From assembly GCA_965202655.1 (NCBI GenBank), contig CBDBBK010000002.1:144639-208638 (forward strand): a stretch of 64,000 bases of DNA, written 5' to 3'. This document shows positions 29,046 through 39,900 of the stretch, in pieces (the stretch's first letter is position 1; every line of letters begins with the position of its first letter). This DNA comes from Vicinamibacterales bacterium. Its GTDB lineage: Bacteria > Acidobacteriota > Vicinamibacteria > Vicinamibacterales > UBA8438. The position numbers and the translations under genes are program-made. The notes beneath the pieces are model-generated. The model made no database searches and was not told where the DNA came from. It worked only from the letters and a program-made list of their open reading frames with translations.

Positions 29046-30460
29046 ATGCAGTCCGAACAGCCACGTTCGTTCCTGGCGTCGTTCCTCGTCGTCGGTGCGC
29101 TCGCCGCCACGCTCGGCATCGGCGCCCTCTTCCTCGGCGAGGCCTACGAAGCGACCGCGCCCGCCATCGCGGCGCCCGCCGAGGGGAGTGGAGGCGCACT
29201 TGCGGAGGCCGATCTCGACACCGTCGATCCGGCGGCAGTCGGCCTGTCCGCCGAGCGCCTCGAACGTCTCGACGCCGGCCTGCAGGGCCTGGTCGACGAC
29301 GGCAGGATCGCCGGCGTGGTCGCCCTCGTCGCCCGCCACGGCAAGATCGCGTTCGCCGACGTCGCCGGCGTCCGGAACGTCGACACTGGCAGCCCGATGA
29401 CGCGCGATTCCATCTTCCGCATCTTCTCGATGACGAAGCCGATCACCGGCGTGGCGATGATGATGCTCTACGAGGAAGGGAAGTGGCGGCTGAACGATCC
29501 CGTCGAGCGGTACATCCCGGAGTTCGCCGACCTCAAGGTGTATGCCGGTGAGAACCCTGACGGCTCGATGCGGCTGGAGGATCCGGACCACCCGATCACG
29601 ATGCGCGAGCTGATGACCCACACCGCCGGCCTCGGCTACGTGCTCAACCCGCGCCACCCCGTCAACCAACTGTTCATGGAGCAGCGCGTCCTCAACCCGA
29701 CGGAAGAGTTGCAGGTGATGATCGACAAGCTGGCCGGCATCCCGCTGCTGGCGCAGCCGGGCCAGCGCTGGATCTACAGCGTCGCCGTCGACGTGCGCGG
29801 CTATATCGTCGAGAAGCTGTCGGGCCAGCCCTTCGAGCAGTTCCTGCAGGAGCGGATCTTCGACCCCCTCGGCATGGTCGATACGAAGTTCTACGTGCCG
29901 GAGGCCAACGTCGACCGCATCGCCCTGCGTCACACCATCGACGAGAGCGGCGACCTCGTGCTCGACTCACGCGGCGATCCGTTCACCGCCAACCCGGCCG
30001 GCCCGTCCGGCGGCGGCGGACTCTTCGGCACCGCCGACGACTACATCCGCTTCGCGCAGATGCTGCTGAACGGCGGCGAGTTCGACGGCCAGCGCCTGCT
30101 CGCGCCGCGCACCGTCGAGATGATCCGCACCAACCACATGTCGGCCGAGGCGACCGAGAACATGCGCGCCGGCATGGGCTTCGGCATGGACGTCATGATC
30201 TACGAGGATCCGGCCGCCGCCGGGGAGCCGCATGGCGCCGGCACCTACTACTGGCTCGGCATCGACGGCACCTGGTTCTGGATCGACCCCGCCCACGACC
30301 TCGTCTTCGTCGGCATGCTGCAGCACCGGGGCCCCAACCAGCAATACACGCACGGCGTCAGCTGAAGCGCCAACAACGCTTGGTACTCAGGCTCGCAAAT
30401 ATTGTCATCAATTGGAGGCGAGCATGCAGCAACTGGGTCTACCAGGCGATCGTCAACTGA
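29046..30460 (+). CDS. Beta-lactamase-family serine hydrolase; C-terminus interrupted (TGA at 30363-30365, native tail at 30431-30460)
   Basis: SMTK, WIYS, YWLG motifs; displaced tail NWVYQAIVN-stop matches the paralog tail LVYEAIE. Confidence 0.85.
30363..30430. other. 65-68 bp foreign insert in the hydrolase 3' end
   Basis: Lower GC; flanked by CAGC on both sides; removing it restores the reading frame. Confidence 0.7.
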
Positions 30461-30568
30461 CGCCGGCGGCGCGGGCATGGCATCCGGCACCCCGAAGATG
30501 ACCGCGGGCCGAGCGGCTCTCGTGAGCCTGCTTGGCGGCGGCAGCCAGCTTGTGGTCCTGGCACCGAA

Positions 30569-31888
30569 TCAGCGCGTTTCCTCGGTCAGCCAGCGCGCGG
30601 CCGGCACCCAGGTCACGCCGTTCGGAAGCCGCCGCCGGGGCGGCGACGCATCAAGCGTTACGAGCAGGAGACGGGCGTCGCGGTACGCCTGACCTGCCGA
30701 CCGGAGCGCGCGCACTTCCCGCTCCCAGGTCGTGTCCTCCCTCGTATCGAGGCAGACCTGGACAAGCAAGGGCGGCTCTCCCGGGCGGTGGGCGAAGAAG
30801 TCGACTTCCCAGCCCTCCGCCGTGCGCAAGTAGGAGACTTCCCAGCCGCGCCGTTCCAACTCCAGCAGGATGGCGGTCTCCAGGGCGCGGCCCTCGTGGC
30901 TGCGACCGCTGCCCGCGAACAGCGAGATTAGCCCCGGGTCCACGGGATACGCCTTGCGGGGATTGACCATTCTCTGGCGTTCCGAGGCGGCATGCAGAGA
31001 GACGGTGCGCACGAGGAAGGCATCCTCCAGGTACCCGAGGTAGGAGTGCAACGTGTCCTTGCCGACCCGCACCCCCTGCGAGCGCAGGGTGTCGTAGTGT
31101 TTCTTCACGGAGAATGCCCCGCCGGGGTTCGCCAGCAACTGCCGCTGCAGCCAGCGTAGCGCCAACGGATTCGTGACCCCATGCCGGTCGATCACGTCGC
31201 GCAGCACGACGACGTCGACGTAGCCGCTCAGCAACGCCGCCCGGTCTCGCGGGTCCGCACCCTGCGCCTCGGGGAAACCGCCCTCGATGAGATAGCGCCG
31301 CAGGCGCTGGTCGAGCGCCGCCGCTGGCCATTCCTCCGACCCGGTGCGCGCCGGCGGTTCGTCCCCGGTGTGGCGCAACGCTTCCCGGAAACTGAAGGGA
31401 TGAACCAGCACTTCCATCGCCCGCCCGCGAAGGCTGGTGGCCACCTCCCTGCTCAGGAGGCGGGCCGAGGAGCCGGAGAGGAACACGTCGACGCCGCCTG
31501 TGTCCATCAGACGCCGGACCAGTCCTTCCCAGCCCGGCACTTGCTGGACTTCATCCAGGTAGACAGTGACGACGTTCTTTCCGCGGAGGTGTGGAAACCG
31601 GCGGGCGTGCTCCTCGATCAGCCAGCCGAGGTCGGCCACGGTGAGACCGGTGAGCCGCTCGTCCTCGAGCAGGAGCATCAACTGCGATTCGGGGGGAGCG
31701 CCGGCACGCAGGCGCGCGGAGCGGCACTGCGCCAGAAACGAGGTCTTGCCACTGCGGCGCACGCCGATGACGGCAAACGCCTTGCCGGGGATCGCGGGCA
31801 GCCGCACGTCCCGGTGCGTCAGGCGCCGGAGCGGCAGGGCGAGTGACTCGTCCAGCTTGGCGCCCAGGAGCTCTCGTGAAATTGTCAC
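30569..31888 (-). CDS. AAA+ ATPase with DUF4143-type C-terminal domain
   Basis: GVRRSGKT, YLDEVQ, LSGSSA, GGFPE, ALETAI...EVDF...LVQVC; start uncertain. Confidence 0.88.
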   Translation of the reverse strand: MTISRELLGAKLDESLALPLRRLTHRDVRLPAIPGKAFAVIGVRRSGKTSFLAQCRSARLRAGAPPESQLMLLLEDERLTGLTVADLGWLIEEHARRFPHLRGKNVVTVYLDEVQQVPGWEGLVRRLMDTGGVDVFLSGSSARLLSREVATSLRGRAMEVLVHPFSFREALRHTGDEPPARTGSEEWPAAALDQRLRRYLIEGGFPEAQGADPRDRAALLSGYVDVVVLRDVIDRHGVTNPLALRWLQRQLLANPGGAFSVKKHYDTLRSQGVRVGKDTLHSYLGYLEDAFLVRTVSLHAASERQRMVNPRKAYPVDPGLISLFAGSGRSHEGRALETAILLELERRGWEVSYLRTAEGWEVDFFAHRPGEPPLLVQVCLDTREDTTWEREVRALRSAGQAYRDARLLLVTLDASPPRRRLPNGVTWVPAARWLTEETR

Positions 31889-31934
31889 TGGTGAAATGAC
31901 AATATATGGAAATTTGTCATTTTGCAAAGGACAA
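31882..31934. promoter_or_regulatory. Array of TTGTC/GACAA half-sites upstream of the AAA gene
   Basis: AAATGACAA-N11-TTGTCATTT (31894-31922), plus TTGTCA (31882) and GACAA (31930). Confidence 0.55.
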
Positions 31935-31976
31935 CTTGCCGAGACGATTCCGGTCGCGCCGGCGGAGGTTCCTTCC

Positions 31977-32138
31977 AGCAGCCCGTGGTGAAACCCCGTG
32001 TGACACCGAGAGCGGCGAGGCGCCCGGCTGACAAGGCGCGACGAGGGAGCATATTGGCCATATGCGACCGAGGAGCAACGCCGTTCAGCCGGGATGCATC
32101 GCCGCTCGAATGTAGAGGGGGTTTCACCACGGGCTGCT
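31977..32138. mobile_element. MITE/REPIN-like element, full copy
   Basis: Perfect 21 bp terminal IR AGCAGCCCGTGGTGAAACCCC; internal arms also pair; no credible ORF; related copies at 2746 and 53251. Confidence 0.85.
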
Positions 32139-32176
32139 AGAGCCGTATCGGAACGCGGCGGCTTCGCCCGGTAGGA

Positions 32177-32776
32177 CTACTGGCGAATCCGATGCCCGAG
32201 GACGCTGAGGGCCGCCGCCGCGGCCAGCTTGTGGTCCTTGCGCCAGGGCGTTCCCGCCTCTCGGCCGAACCGGGCAATGAGCGCGGTGACCGCGGCGACA
32301 TCGACGTCCATGGCTTCGGCGGCGAGCACCGTCGGGTCGGTCCTGCGCGGGTACCGCCGGACTTCCATACCGAGGCCGGCGGCGGCGTCGGCGAGGAACT
32401 CCCGGTACAGCATGCCGTCCGCGGCATTGATCAAGGGGCGTGAGCGGAGGACCTCCTCCAGCGAGTCGGGCAGCTTGTCGTACCGACTCGCGGGAAGGAC
32501 CAGCGCCTGGGCACGGTAGGTCGCGAGCAGGGTCGAAATCGCCGCCCGCGCGTGTTCCGCCACCGATCGCCTCACCCGGTCCACGAGTTCCGTGGCCGCT
32601 CCGAGGTCCAGCGTCAGAGCTTCGTGGTGGTAGGGCGCGCTCGGGAGTCCCTGGTCGATCAGCGCAACATGCCGCCGATCGAGAAAGACGGGGGCGCCGT
32701 CTTCTACCGCGAGGGTGACCAGCTCGGCCCGCGCGTAGTGGTCGGCGGCGCCGATGATGACGTCGGCGACACTCAT
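32177..32776 (-). CDS. Hypothetical protein
   Basis: Coding-like composition; TACAGT 8 nt before the ATG; HYARA...PYH...ADGMLYR...PWRKDHK. Confidence 0.7.
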   Translation of the reverse strand: MSVADVIIGAADHYARAELVTLAVEDGAPVFLDRRHVALIDQGLPSAPYHHEALTLDLGAATELVDRVRRSVAEHARAAISTLLATYRAQALVLPASRYDKLPDSLEEVLRSRPLINAADGMLYREFLADAAAGLGMEVRRYPRRTDPTVLAAEAMDVDVAAVTALIARFGREAGTPWRKDHKLAAAAALSVLGHRIRQ

Positions 32777-32860
32777 CGCTGACGACTGTACCGCGAGTCC
32801 CGCGCCCACCAGGCGGAGTCCCGCGCCGATCAGGCGGGCGCAGCGGCCGCGGCGGAGGAA

Positions 32861-35278
32861 TCAGTAGCGGACGCGGAGCCCCCCGATGGCCCAGGCGCCG
32901 GGGGAAAGGAAGCCGTCCTCGTAGTAGACGTTGTTGAACAGGTTCTCGACCTTCGCGTACAGATCCAGTCCGAGGTCCTGCCGGGCCAGCAGGTCGTAAC
33001 GGACGACCACGTCGCCCTTCACGGGACCGGTGAAGATGAAGTGGCGGCCCTGCCCGCCGAACGGCGACAACGAATAGTCGCTGGCGACGAACAGGTCGAA
33101 CGTCACGCTGGCGCGCTGGGCGATCCACTGCGTGGCCGTGAGCGTGAACAGGTGCTTCGACAGTCCCAGCACGCCGAAGAAGTCCTCGCCGATGGTCGGC
33201 GTGTTCGATTCCGCGTCGGTGTAGGTGTACGAGGCCCGCAACTGGGTCGACAGCGAAGGAGCGGCCTGCACGCTCGCTTCCACGCCGCGCGCCCGGCCGC
33301 CGCCCGTGTTGCGGTAGCCGCCGAACCGGCCGAAGGGATCGGTGGCGGCCGGGAAGTTCGCGAAGTCGAAGATGATGGTTTCCTGCAGGTCGGTGTAGAA
33401 GACGGTGGCGCTCAACTGCAGTTGCGAGTCGAACAGCCACTGGTCGATGCCGCCGTCGTACGCCACCGAGCGTTCCGGGTTCAGGCCCGGATCACCCCAG
33501 AAGTTGAACGCGCTGCTGAAGGAGGAGAACGATCCGCCGAAGCGCTCGAACGGCGACGGTACGCGGTAGCTGTTGCCCACGTGCGCCCGCAACTTCGTTC
33601 CGCTGTCCGGGAAGAGGTACGCCACGGCCGCGTCGCCCGTGTAGGCGTTCGGTGCTTCGACGTTCAGGTCGCCGTACGGGTGGCTGCCGCCGACGAACAG
33701 AGGATCCGGCAGATTGAACGTCTGGAAGCGTCCGCTGAAGCTCAACTGCAGGCGGCTGTCGAGCAGCTCGATCCGATCCTGCGCGTACAGCGCCTGGCTG
33801 TAGGACGCGATCGTGACGGTTGCCGCGTCCCCCGAGGCCTCGCGGTAGTACTCCTCACGCTCGAACTCGTAGCCGGCGCTGAAGAAGTTGGTCGTCCCGA
33901 ACGCCGAGTCGAGACGGGCCTGGATCGTGTCGACATGTCCGTTGAAGTGACTGCTGTTCACGGCGAGCGGCTGGTAGCCCGCGCCGCGTGGCCCGTCGAT
34001 GAACTCCCGGTTGGTGTCGACGCCCTGATAGCTGATGCGGTAGTTGGTGCCGGGCGCGACGCGGTGGCGCACGGTCGCCATGCCGTTCAGGAAGGAGGAC
34101 TGGCGGTCGTTGTCGGGGTCGTTGGCACTCGGCACGAACGTCGCGCTGCCGCCGCTGAAGGGCAGGCCCTGCTCGTAGAGCCCGAGCTGGTCCGTCGGCA
34201 GGGCGACGGCCGGGATGATGCCGTCTGCGGGGAAGTTGTCGACCACCGCGGCCGGGAACGCAGGACTGTCGCGCAGGCGCACGTTGTCGACGGTGTACCA
34301 GAGGCGGCCGGTTGCCGAGAACGTGGGCGTGGCCTGGTAGCGGAGCATCCCCTGCGGCGAGACGCTGCGGTACGGATTCGCCCCGCGAACCCCCTTCGTC
34401 ACGTCGATGTAGGAAAGGGCGCCGCTGTACGTGAGCCGGTCGTCGGCCACGCCGCCGCGTATGCTCGGCACGGAGCGGAACATGCCCAGCCCGCCGCCCT
34501 CGACGAGGACGTCTCCCTGCGCCGGTCCACCGCCGGTGCGCGACGTGATGTTGATGACGCCCGCCATCGCGCTCGAACCGTACAGCGACGACCCGGAGCC
34601 GCGCATCACTTCGATCTGCTCGGTATCGACGGTGGTCAGATGGGCCAGGAAGGCGGTCGTGTCGCCCTGCGGACTCGCGGCGTCCCGAAAGCGCATGCCG
34701 TCGATGAGCACGGCCGTGTCCTGGTTTCGCATGCCGCGCGTCTTGATGGTCGTGAAGCTGCCCGGCCCTCCCAGCGACTTCACGCGGATGCCCGGCAGCG
34801 TGCGGACGGCCTCGGCCACGGACATCTCGTTGCGCAGGGCGAGCTCCTCCGCGTCGATGACGTCGACCGCCTTCGCCGTCTCCTGCACCGTCAGCGGCGT
34901 GCTCGACGCCGTCACCACGACCTCGGCGGTCACGCCCGTGACGCCCAGCGTCAGGTCGCTGCTGCTGGGGCCGTCGACGCGGAGCACCGTCGCGCCCGAC
35001 AACGCTCCCGCGGCTCCCCGCGCTTCCAGCACGTAGTCGCCGGCCGGAATGCCATCGAACGCATAGCTACCGTCCGGTTGGCTGACGGCCTCCCGCACCT
35101 GTCCGCTCGCGCGGTCGAAGAGCCGGATCTCGGCGTCCGGGACAACCCGCTGCTGCGGGTCGAGAATACGCCCCGCGAGGCTGTCGGCCTCGGCCGGGTG
35201 CGCCAGCGCCAGCGCCAGTACCAGCGCACCCGCGACGGCCACTATGCGACACAGTGTGCGCAATGAACTTCCCTGCAT
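32861..35278 (-). CDS. TonB-dependent outer-membrane receptor
   Basis: Signal peptide, N-terminal Ig-like domain, VVVTAS TonB box, plug VLIDG/IEVMRGSGSSLYG, ENLFN, terminal Tyr. Confidence 0.93.
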   Translation of the reverse strand: MQGSSLRTLCRIVAVAGALVLALALAHPAEADSLAGRILDPQQRVVPDAEIRLFDRASGQVREAVSQPDGSYAFDGIPAGDYVLEARGAAGALSGATVLRVDGPSSSDLTLGVTGVTAEVVVTASSTPLTVQETAKAVDVIDAEELALRNEMSVAEAVRTLPGIRVKSLGGPGSFTTIKTRGMRNQDTAVLIDGMRFRDAASPQGDTTAFLAHLTTVDTEQIEVMRGSGSSLYGSSAMAGVINITSRTGGGPAQGDVLVEGGGLGMFRSVPSIRGGVADDRLTYSGALSYIDVTKGVRGANPYRSVSPQGMLRYQATPTFSATGRLWYTVDNVRLRDSPAFPAAVVDNFPADGIIPAVALPTDQLGLYEQGLPFSGGSATFVPSANDPDNDRQSSFLNGMATVRHRVAPGTNYRISYQGVDTNREFIDGPRGAGYQPLAVNSSHFNGHVDTIQARLDSAFGTTNFFSAGYEFEREEYYREASGDAATVTIASYSQALYAQDRIELLDSRLQLSFSGRFQTFNLPDPLFVGGSHPYGDLNVEAPNAYTGDAAVAYLFPDSGTKLRAHVGNSYRVPSPFERFGGSFSSFSSAFNFWGDPGLNPERSVAYDGGIDQWLFDSQLQLSATVFYTDLQETIIFDFANFPAATDPFGRFGGYRNTGGGRARGVEASVQAAPSLSTQLRASYTYTDAESNTPTIGEDFFGVLGLSKHLFTLTATQWIAQRASVTFDLFVASDYSLSPFGGQGRHFIFTGPVKGDVVVRYDLLARQDLGLDLYAKVENLFNNVYYEDGFLSPGAWAIGGLRVRY

Positions 35279-35406
35279 TACCCATCTCCCTCCATGCGGG
35301 GGCAAGTCTAGCGAACGGGTAGGGCAGCGCCCCTTAAGAGTTCCTGAAGACGGGCTCGCCGTTGCGCGACTTGTATACAGTAGGGTGCCCTGCGGGTTTC
35401 CTGCTT

Positions 35407-35979
35407 ATGCTGCTGCATGCGATCGGAATGGTCTGCAGTCTGGGCGCGGTGATCTTCGCCACCGGTGTCCGGGATCGAAAGGGCGCCGCCGCCCTCGTGG
35501 CCGGCTTTGCCGCCGCCGCCGTCTGGCTGCGTCCCGAGCCGGTGCTGGTGGGCGGCATCGCCGCGGGCGCCGCGGCGCTCTCGCTCGCCCGACCGCGCCG
35601 CGTGCCGGGGAACCTCATCGATTCGGCCGTTGCAGGATTGCTCGGCGGTCTGTGGGGCCACGTGCTCGTTCAGTTCAGCCTGCCCCCTTCGAGCGCCTGG
35701 CCGCTGGCGGCGGCGGTGGTCGGCGCCGCGGCGTTCATATCGCAGCGCCAGCCACGTTTCGCCCCGCTGGCGATGCGGGAGGACGCGCGTCTGGCGCACG
35801 CGTTCCTGGCGGTTCTGGTCGCCGCCTGGCCTGCCGTGTCGACGGGCTGGAGCGCGGCCGCCGCGATGAACCTTGAATCCGAAGCGACGGTGCGCGCTGC
35901 AGTGCAGCCCCCGGTCGCCATCGGACTGGCGGCGCTCGTGTCGCTCGGCGGGCTGCACGCGCTCTGGAGGCGCGCATGA
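35407..35979 (+). CDS. Multi-pass membrane protein (HmuT-like position)
   Basis: Several hydrophobic helices; ATGA overlap with the next gene. Confidence 0.7.
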   Translation: MLLHAIGMVCSLGAVIFATGVRDRKGAAALVAGFAAAAVWLRPEPVLVGGIAAGAAALSLARPRRVPGNLIDSAVAGLLGGLWGHVLVQFSLPPSSAWPLAAAVVGAAAFISQRQPRFAPLAMREDARLAHAFLAVLVAAWPAVSTGWSAAAAMNLESEATVRAAVQPPVAIGLAALVSLGGLHALWRRA

Positions 35980-36662
35980 GCATGCTGGGGACGCTCGAGA
36001 ACGGGCTGTTCGCGCTGGCGCAGGTGCTGCGGTTCCCGGTCATCGCGCTGCTCTGGGTGGCCGTGGCCGCGGTCGTGTTCATGGCGGGCGGCTGCCTGGT
36101 GGAGTGGCTGGCGCGCCGGCGCGAGCGGAGCGGCTTCGACCTCAACGCCTGGCTGGACGCAGGCACGGTACTGGGGTCGGACGCCGCCCGGCTGGGCGCG
36201 CTGCCGGCGCCGCTCCGCGCCCTGTTGCGCGACGTCGAGGCCGAGCACCGCAAGCCGTCCTTCGGCGACGGCGGGCTCGAGCACCTCGTCCTCGGACGCG
36301 AGGAAAAGGTGCGGCGCACGCTGAACGGGTCGCGACTGCTCGTCAAGGTGGGGCCGAGTCTCGGACTGCTCGGCACGCTCATCCCGATGGGGACGGCGCT
36401 GGCGTCGCTCACCACCGGCAACCTGGAAGTGATGGCGGGGCAGATGGTCGTCGCATTCACGACCACCATCGTCGGCCTCGCGGCCGGCACGGTCGCCTAC
36501 GTCATCCAGGTCGTGCGGCACGGCTGGGTCAACGAAACCGTCCGCGAGCAGCGGTTCCTGGCGGAGCGGCTGGCCGCGGAACTCGGGCGGGGCGCGGGCG
36601 GCGAGCTCGCGGCGGAGGAACGACACGATGGGGCGCTTTCTGCATCTGCCGTCGCCGGCTGA
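35976..36662 (+). CDS. MotA/TolQ/ExbB proton channel family protein
   Basis: GPSLGLLGTLIPM, AFTTTIVGL. Confidence 0.9.
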   Translation: MSMLGTLENGLFALAQVLRFPVIALLWVAVAAVVFMAGGCLVEWLARRRERSGFDLNAWLDAGTVLGSDAARLGALPAPLRALLRDVEAEHRKPSFGDGGLEHLVLGREEKVRRTLNGSRLLVKVGPSLGLLGTLIPMGTALASLTTGNLEVMAGQMVVAFTTTIVGLAAGTVAYVIQVVRHGWVNETVREQRFLAERLAAELGRGAGGELAAEERHDGALSASAVAG

Positions 36663-36960
36663 CACCGAAGACGAGGATCCGCTGTCGGGCGTCGCGAACA
36701 TCTTCGACGTATCCGTGGTGTTCATCGTCGGCCTGATGATCGCCCTCTTCTCCGTCTACCGCATCGGCGACCTCGTCGATGCCGACAGCGAGGTGACGCT
36801 CGTGAAGACCAACGCGGACGGCCTCAGCGAAATCATCGTCAAGCGCGGCACCGAGATCGAGGCGTACGAGCTGACCGGCGAGACCCTGGGCGGCCAGGGC
36901 GAACGGCTCGGCACCGCGTACCGCCTCGCCGACGGGCAGGTCATCTATGTGCCGGACTAG
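36628..36960 (+). CDS. DUF2149 (ExbD/TolR-like) protein
   Basis: EDPLSGVANIFDVSVVF...GERLGTAYRLADGQVIYVPD. Confidence 0.88.
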   Translation: MGRFLHLPSPADTEDEDPLSGVANIFDVSVVFIVGLMIALFSVYRIGDLVDADSEVTLVKTNADGLSEIIVKRGTEIEAYELTGETLGGQGERLGTAYRLADGQVIYVPD

Positions 36961-39900
36961 AGTTGTCGGCGCCCTGCTGGGCGCCCTGCTGATTGCAAGC
37001 TGCCTGGCCGCCCCGGCGAGCGCACAGGAGGTCCGCCTCGGGTACTTCACCGGCGACACGACGCTTCCCGGCGTGCTGGCCGCCTGGCAGGGGCTGCTCG
37101 GCGAACGCCCGGACCTGCGCGAGCGGGTCGAGGTCACCTTCCTGACCGAGTCGCTGCTCGACAGCGTCGACCCCGCGGACATGCTCGCCAGCGACGTGCT
37201 GATTCTCAACATCCACGAGCAGCACACGCTGGAGCGGTTCGACACGACGCACGCGGTCGACCTCGTCGCCGGGGTGACTGCCCGGGGGCTGGTGCTCGGC
37301 GTCGGCGAGGGCCTGCTGGCGCGGGAGCACTACGAAGCGCAAGGCGTGGCGTGGGACGGGCGCGCCCGCGCGTTCTGGGATTACTCGGGGTTCGCGAACC
37401 AGGTCGGCCTGTTTAAATACGTGCTGTCAGCCGCGGGTATTGCCGGTCTCGACGTCCCGGACCCGCAGCCGAACCTCGATGCCGGCTACTACTATCCCGA
37501 CGGTCAGCGCGGGCGGGTGTTCGCCACCTGGGAGGAGTTCGATGCGTGGCGGCGCGGCGCGGGCAGGCACCGTCCCGGCGCCACCAGGGTGGCGGTCGGC
37601 TTCTTCGGATCGTCGTATGACAACGGGGATACGGCGCTCGTCGACGCGGTGGTCGCCGAGATCGAGCGTCAGGGGGCGGAGGCGATCCCGGTCTTCGGCT
37701 ATCCCGCGGCCCCCGCTTTCGAAGCCCTGCTGCTCGATGCGGACGGCAACGCCCGCGCCGACGTCGCGCTGGCGTTCCTGTTCCGCTTCGCCGGTCCCGA
37801 GGCGAGCGGCCCGCTCGCGAAGCTCGACATCCCGGTGATCAGCCTGGTCAGCCTCTACGGGCGCAGCGAGGCGGAGTGGCGCGCCTCGGAGCAGGGGCTG
37901 TCTACCTTCGAGGGGACGTTCCAGGTGGCCGTGCCCGAGCTGGCGGGCCTGGTGGCGCCGACGGTGGTCGGCAGCAAGGAACGGCTGACCGACGGCGACA
38001 CCGGATTGACCATCATCGCCAGCCGACCGATCGCCTCGCGGGTGACCATGGCCGTCCGGCGCGCCCTGGGCTATGCGGCCCTGGCCGCCACGCCGAACGC
38101 CGACAAGCGCGTGGCGGTGCTCTTCTACAACTATCCGCCCGGGAAGGCCGGCATCGGCGCGAGCTATCTCAACGTCGCCGAGTCGCTGGCCAACATCCTC
38201 CAGCGGATGCGGGCGGCCGGCTACGACCTGGGCGCAACGGACGCCGACCTGTCGGCCGACGCGCTGCTTGAGCAGATGACCACCCGGGCGCGGAACGTCG
38301 GCGGCTACGCGCCGGGCGAGCTGGAGGAGATGCTGGCGGCGGGCGGCGCCGTGCGGGTCTGGCCAGGCGACTACGGCCAGTGGCTCGAGGGTGACTACGT
38401 GCCGGAGCTGCGGGACAAGGTGCTCGCGGACTGGGGCGAGCCCGCTGACGCCGACCTGATGGCCGAGGGCGGCAGCCTGATCGTCCCGGCGCTGCGGTAC
38501 GGCAATGTCGTGGTGCTCCCGCAGCCGGCGCGCGGCTGGGGCGAGGACCACACGCAGTTGTATCACGCGAAGGACCTCGCGCCGCACCATCAGTACGTCG
38601 CGACGTACAGTTGGCTGCGCGCGCCCGAGCCGGTTGGCTTCGACGCCGACGCGGTGGTTCATCTCGGGACGCACGGCACCCTCGAATGGCTCGACGGAAA
38701 GGACCTGGGCCTGTCCGCGGCGGACGCGCCCGACGCGCTCATCGCCGACCTGCCGGATCTGTACGTCTACAACGTGGATGTCGTCGGCGAAGGGCTCGTT
38801 GCGCGGCGCCGCGGCATGGCGACGCTCGTCGACCACATGGTGCCGCCGTTCACGCAGAGCGAGCTGCTGCCCGATCTGGCGGCGCTGAGCGAGAGCGTCG
38901 ACGATTACCACAACAACGTCCACAAGAACGAGCAGCTCGCCGCGGCCTACGGTGACGAGATCCGCCAGCGGGCGACGGACCTGGGGATGGTCAAGGACCT
39001 GGGTCTCGACCTCGGCGCCGGCGCGGACATTCCGCACGACGCGCTGCACGGCATTGAGGACTACCTGCTTGAGCTGCAGGGCACGAACATCCCCTACGGC
39101 CTGCACGCGTTCGGTCGGACGCCCACGGCCGAGATGCGCGCCAGCACCGTCGATGCGATCATCTCGGTCGACCGCAGCCTGCTGCCCGAGGACACGGTGG
39201 TGATGGCGGCCGACATGGAGCAGCGCATCGTCGACTCGGCGCCGCGCGAGCTCGACAACCTGGTCCGCGCGCTCCGCGGCGGCTACATTCCGGTCGGCGG
39301 CGGCGGCGAGCCGATCCGCAATCCGGACGCGTATCCGACCGGCAAGAACTTCTACGGCATCGACCCGGACAAGGTGCCGAAGCCGGCGGCCTGGAAGCTC
39401 GGCGTCGAGCTGGCCGATCAGATGCTGGCGGATCACGTGACCGAGCACGGCCGCTACCCGGAGAAGGTGTCGTTCGTCATCTGGGGCGACGAGACGATGC
39501 GGCACGAGGGGGTGCTCGAATCGCAGATCTTTCATCTGCTCGGGACGCGCCCGGTCTGGGACGCGCGCGGCAAGGTGGTCGACGTGGAGGTCGTCCCGGC
39601 GCGCGAGCTCGGCCGCCCGCGGGTGGACATCGTGATCGCGTCGGCGGCCGAGGGCATGTTCGGCAACGTCACCCGCCTGATGGACGAGGCGGTCCAGCGG
39701 GTCAAGGCGCTCGAGGAGGCGGAGAACTACGTTCGCCGCCACTACCTGGCGACGAGGGCGGCGCTCATCGACCGCGGCTATCCGGAGGAGGAGGCCGACC
39801 GCCGCGCGGGCGTGCGCATCTTCGACGAGCCGCCCGGCAAGTTCAACCTGAACACCTCGCGCATCGCCTCGGCGAGCGGGACCTGGGACAGCGACAAGCC

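Noticed and set aside
30363-30365. Selenocysteine or readthrough at the hydrolase TGA
   Set aside because: The native tail is in a different frame, so readthrough would not restore it
32795-32837. Tandem GAGTCCCGCGCC...AGGCGG duplication
   Set aside because: Only two units; probably local slippage with no evident function
35279-35406. Cobalamin riboswitch ahead of the TonB receptor or CobN-like operon
   Set aside because: Only a loose ACTGTA-like match; no recognisable GGGAA/B12-box architecture on either strand
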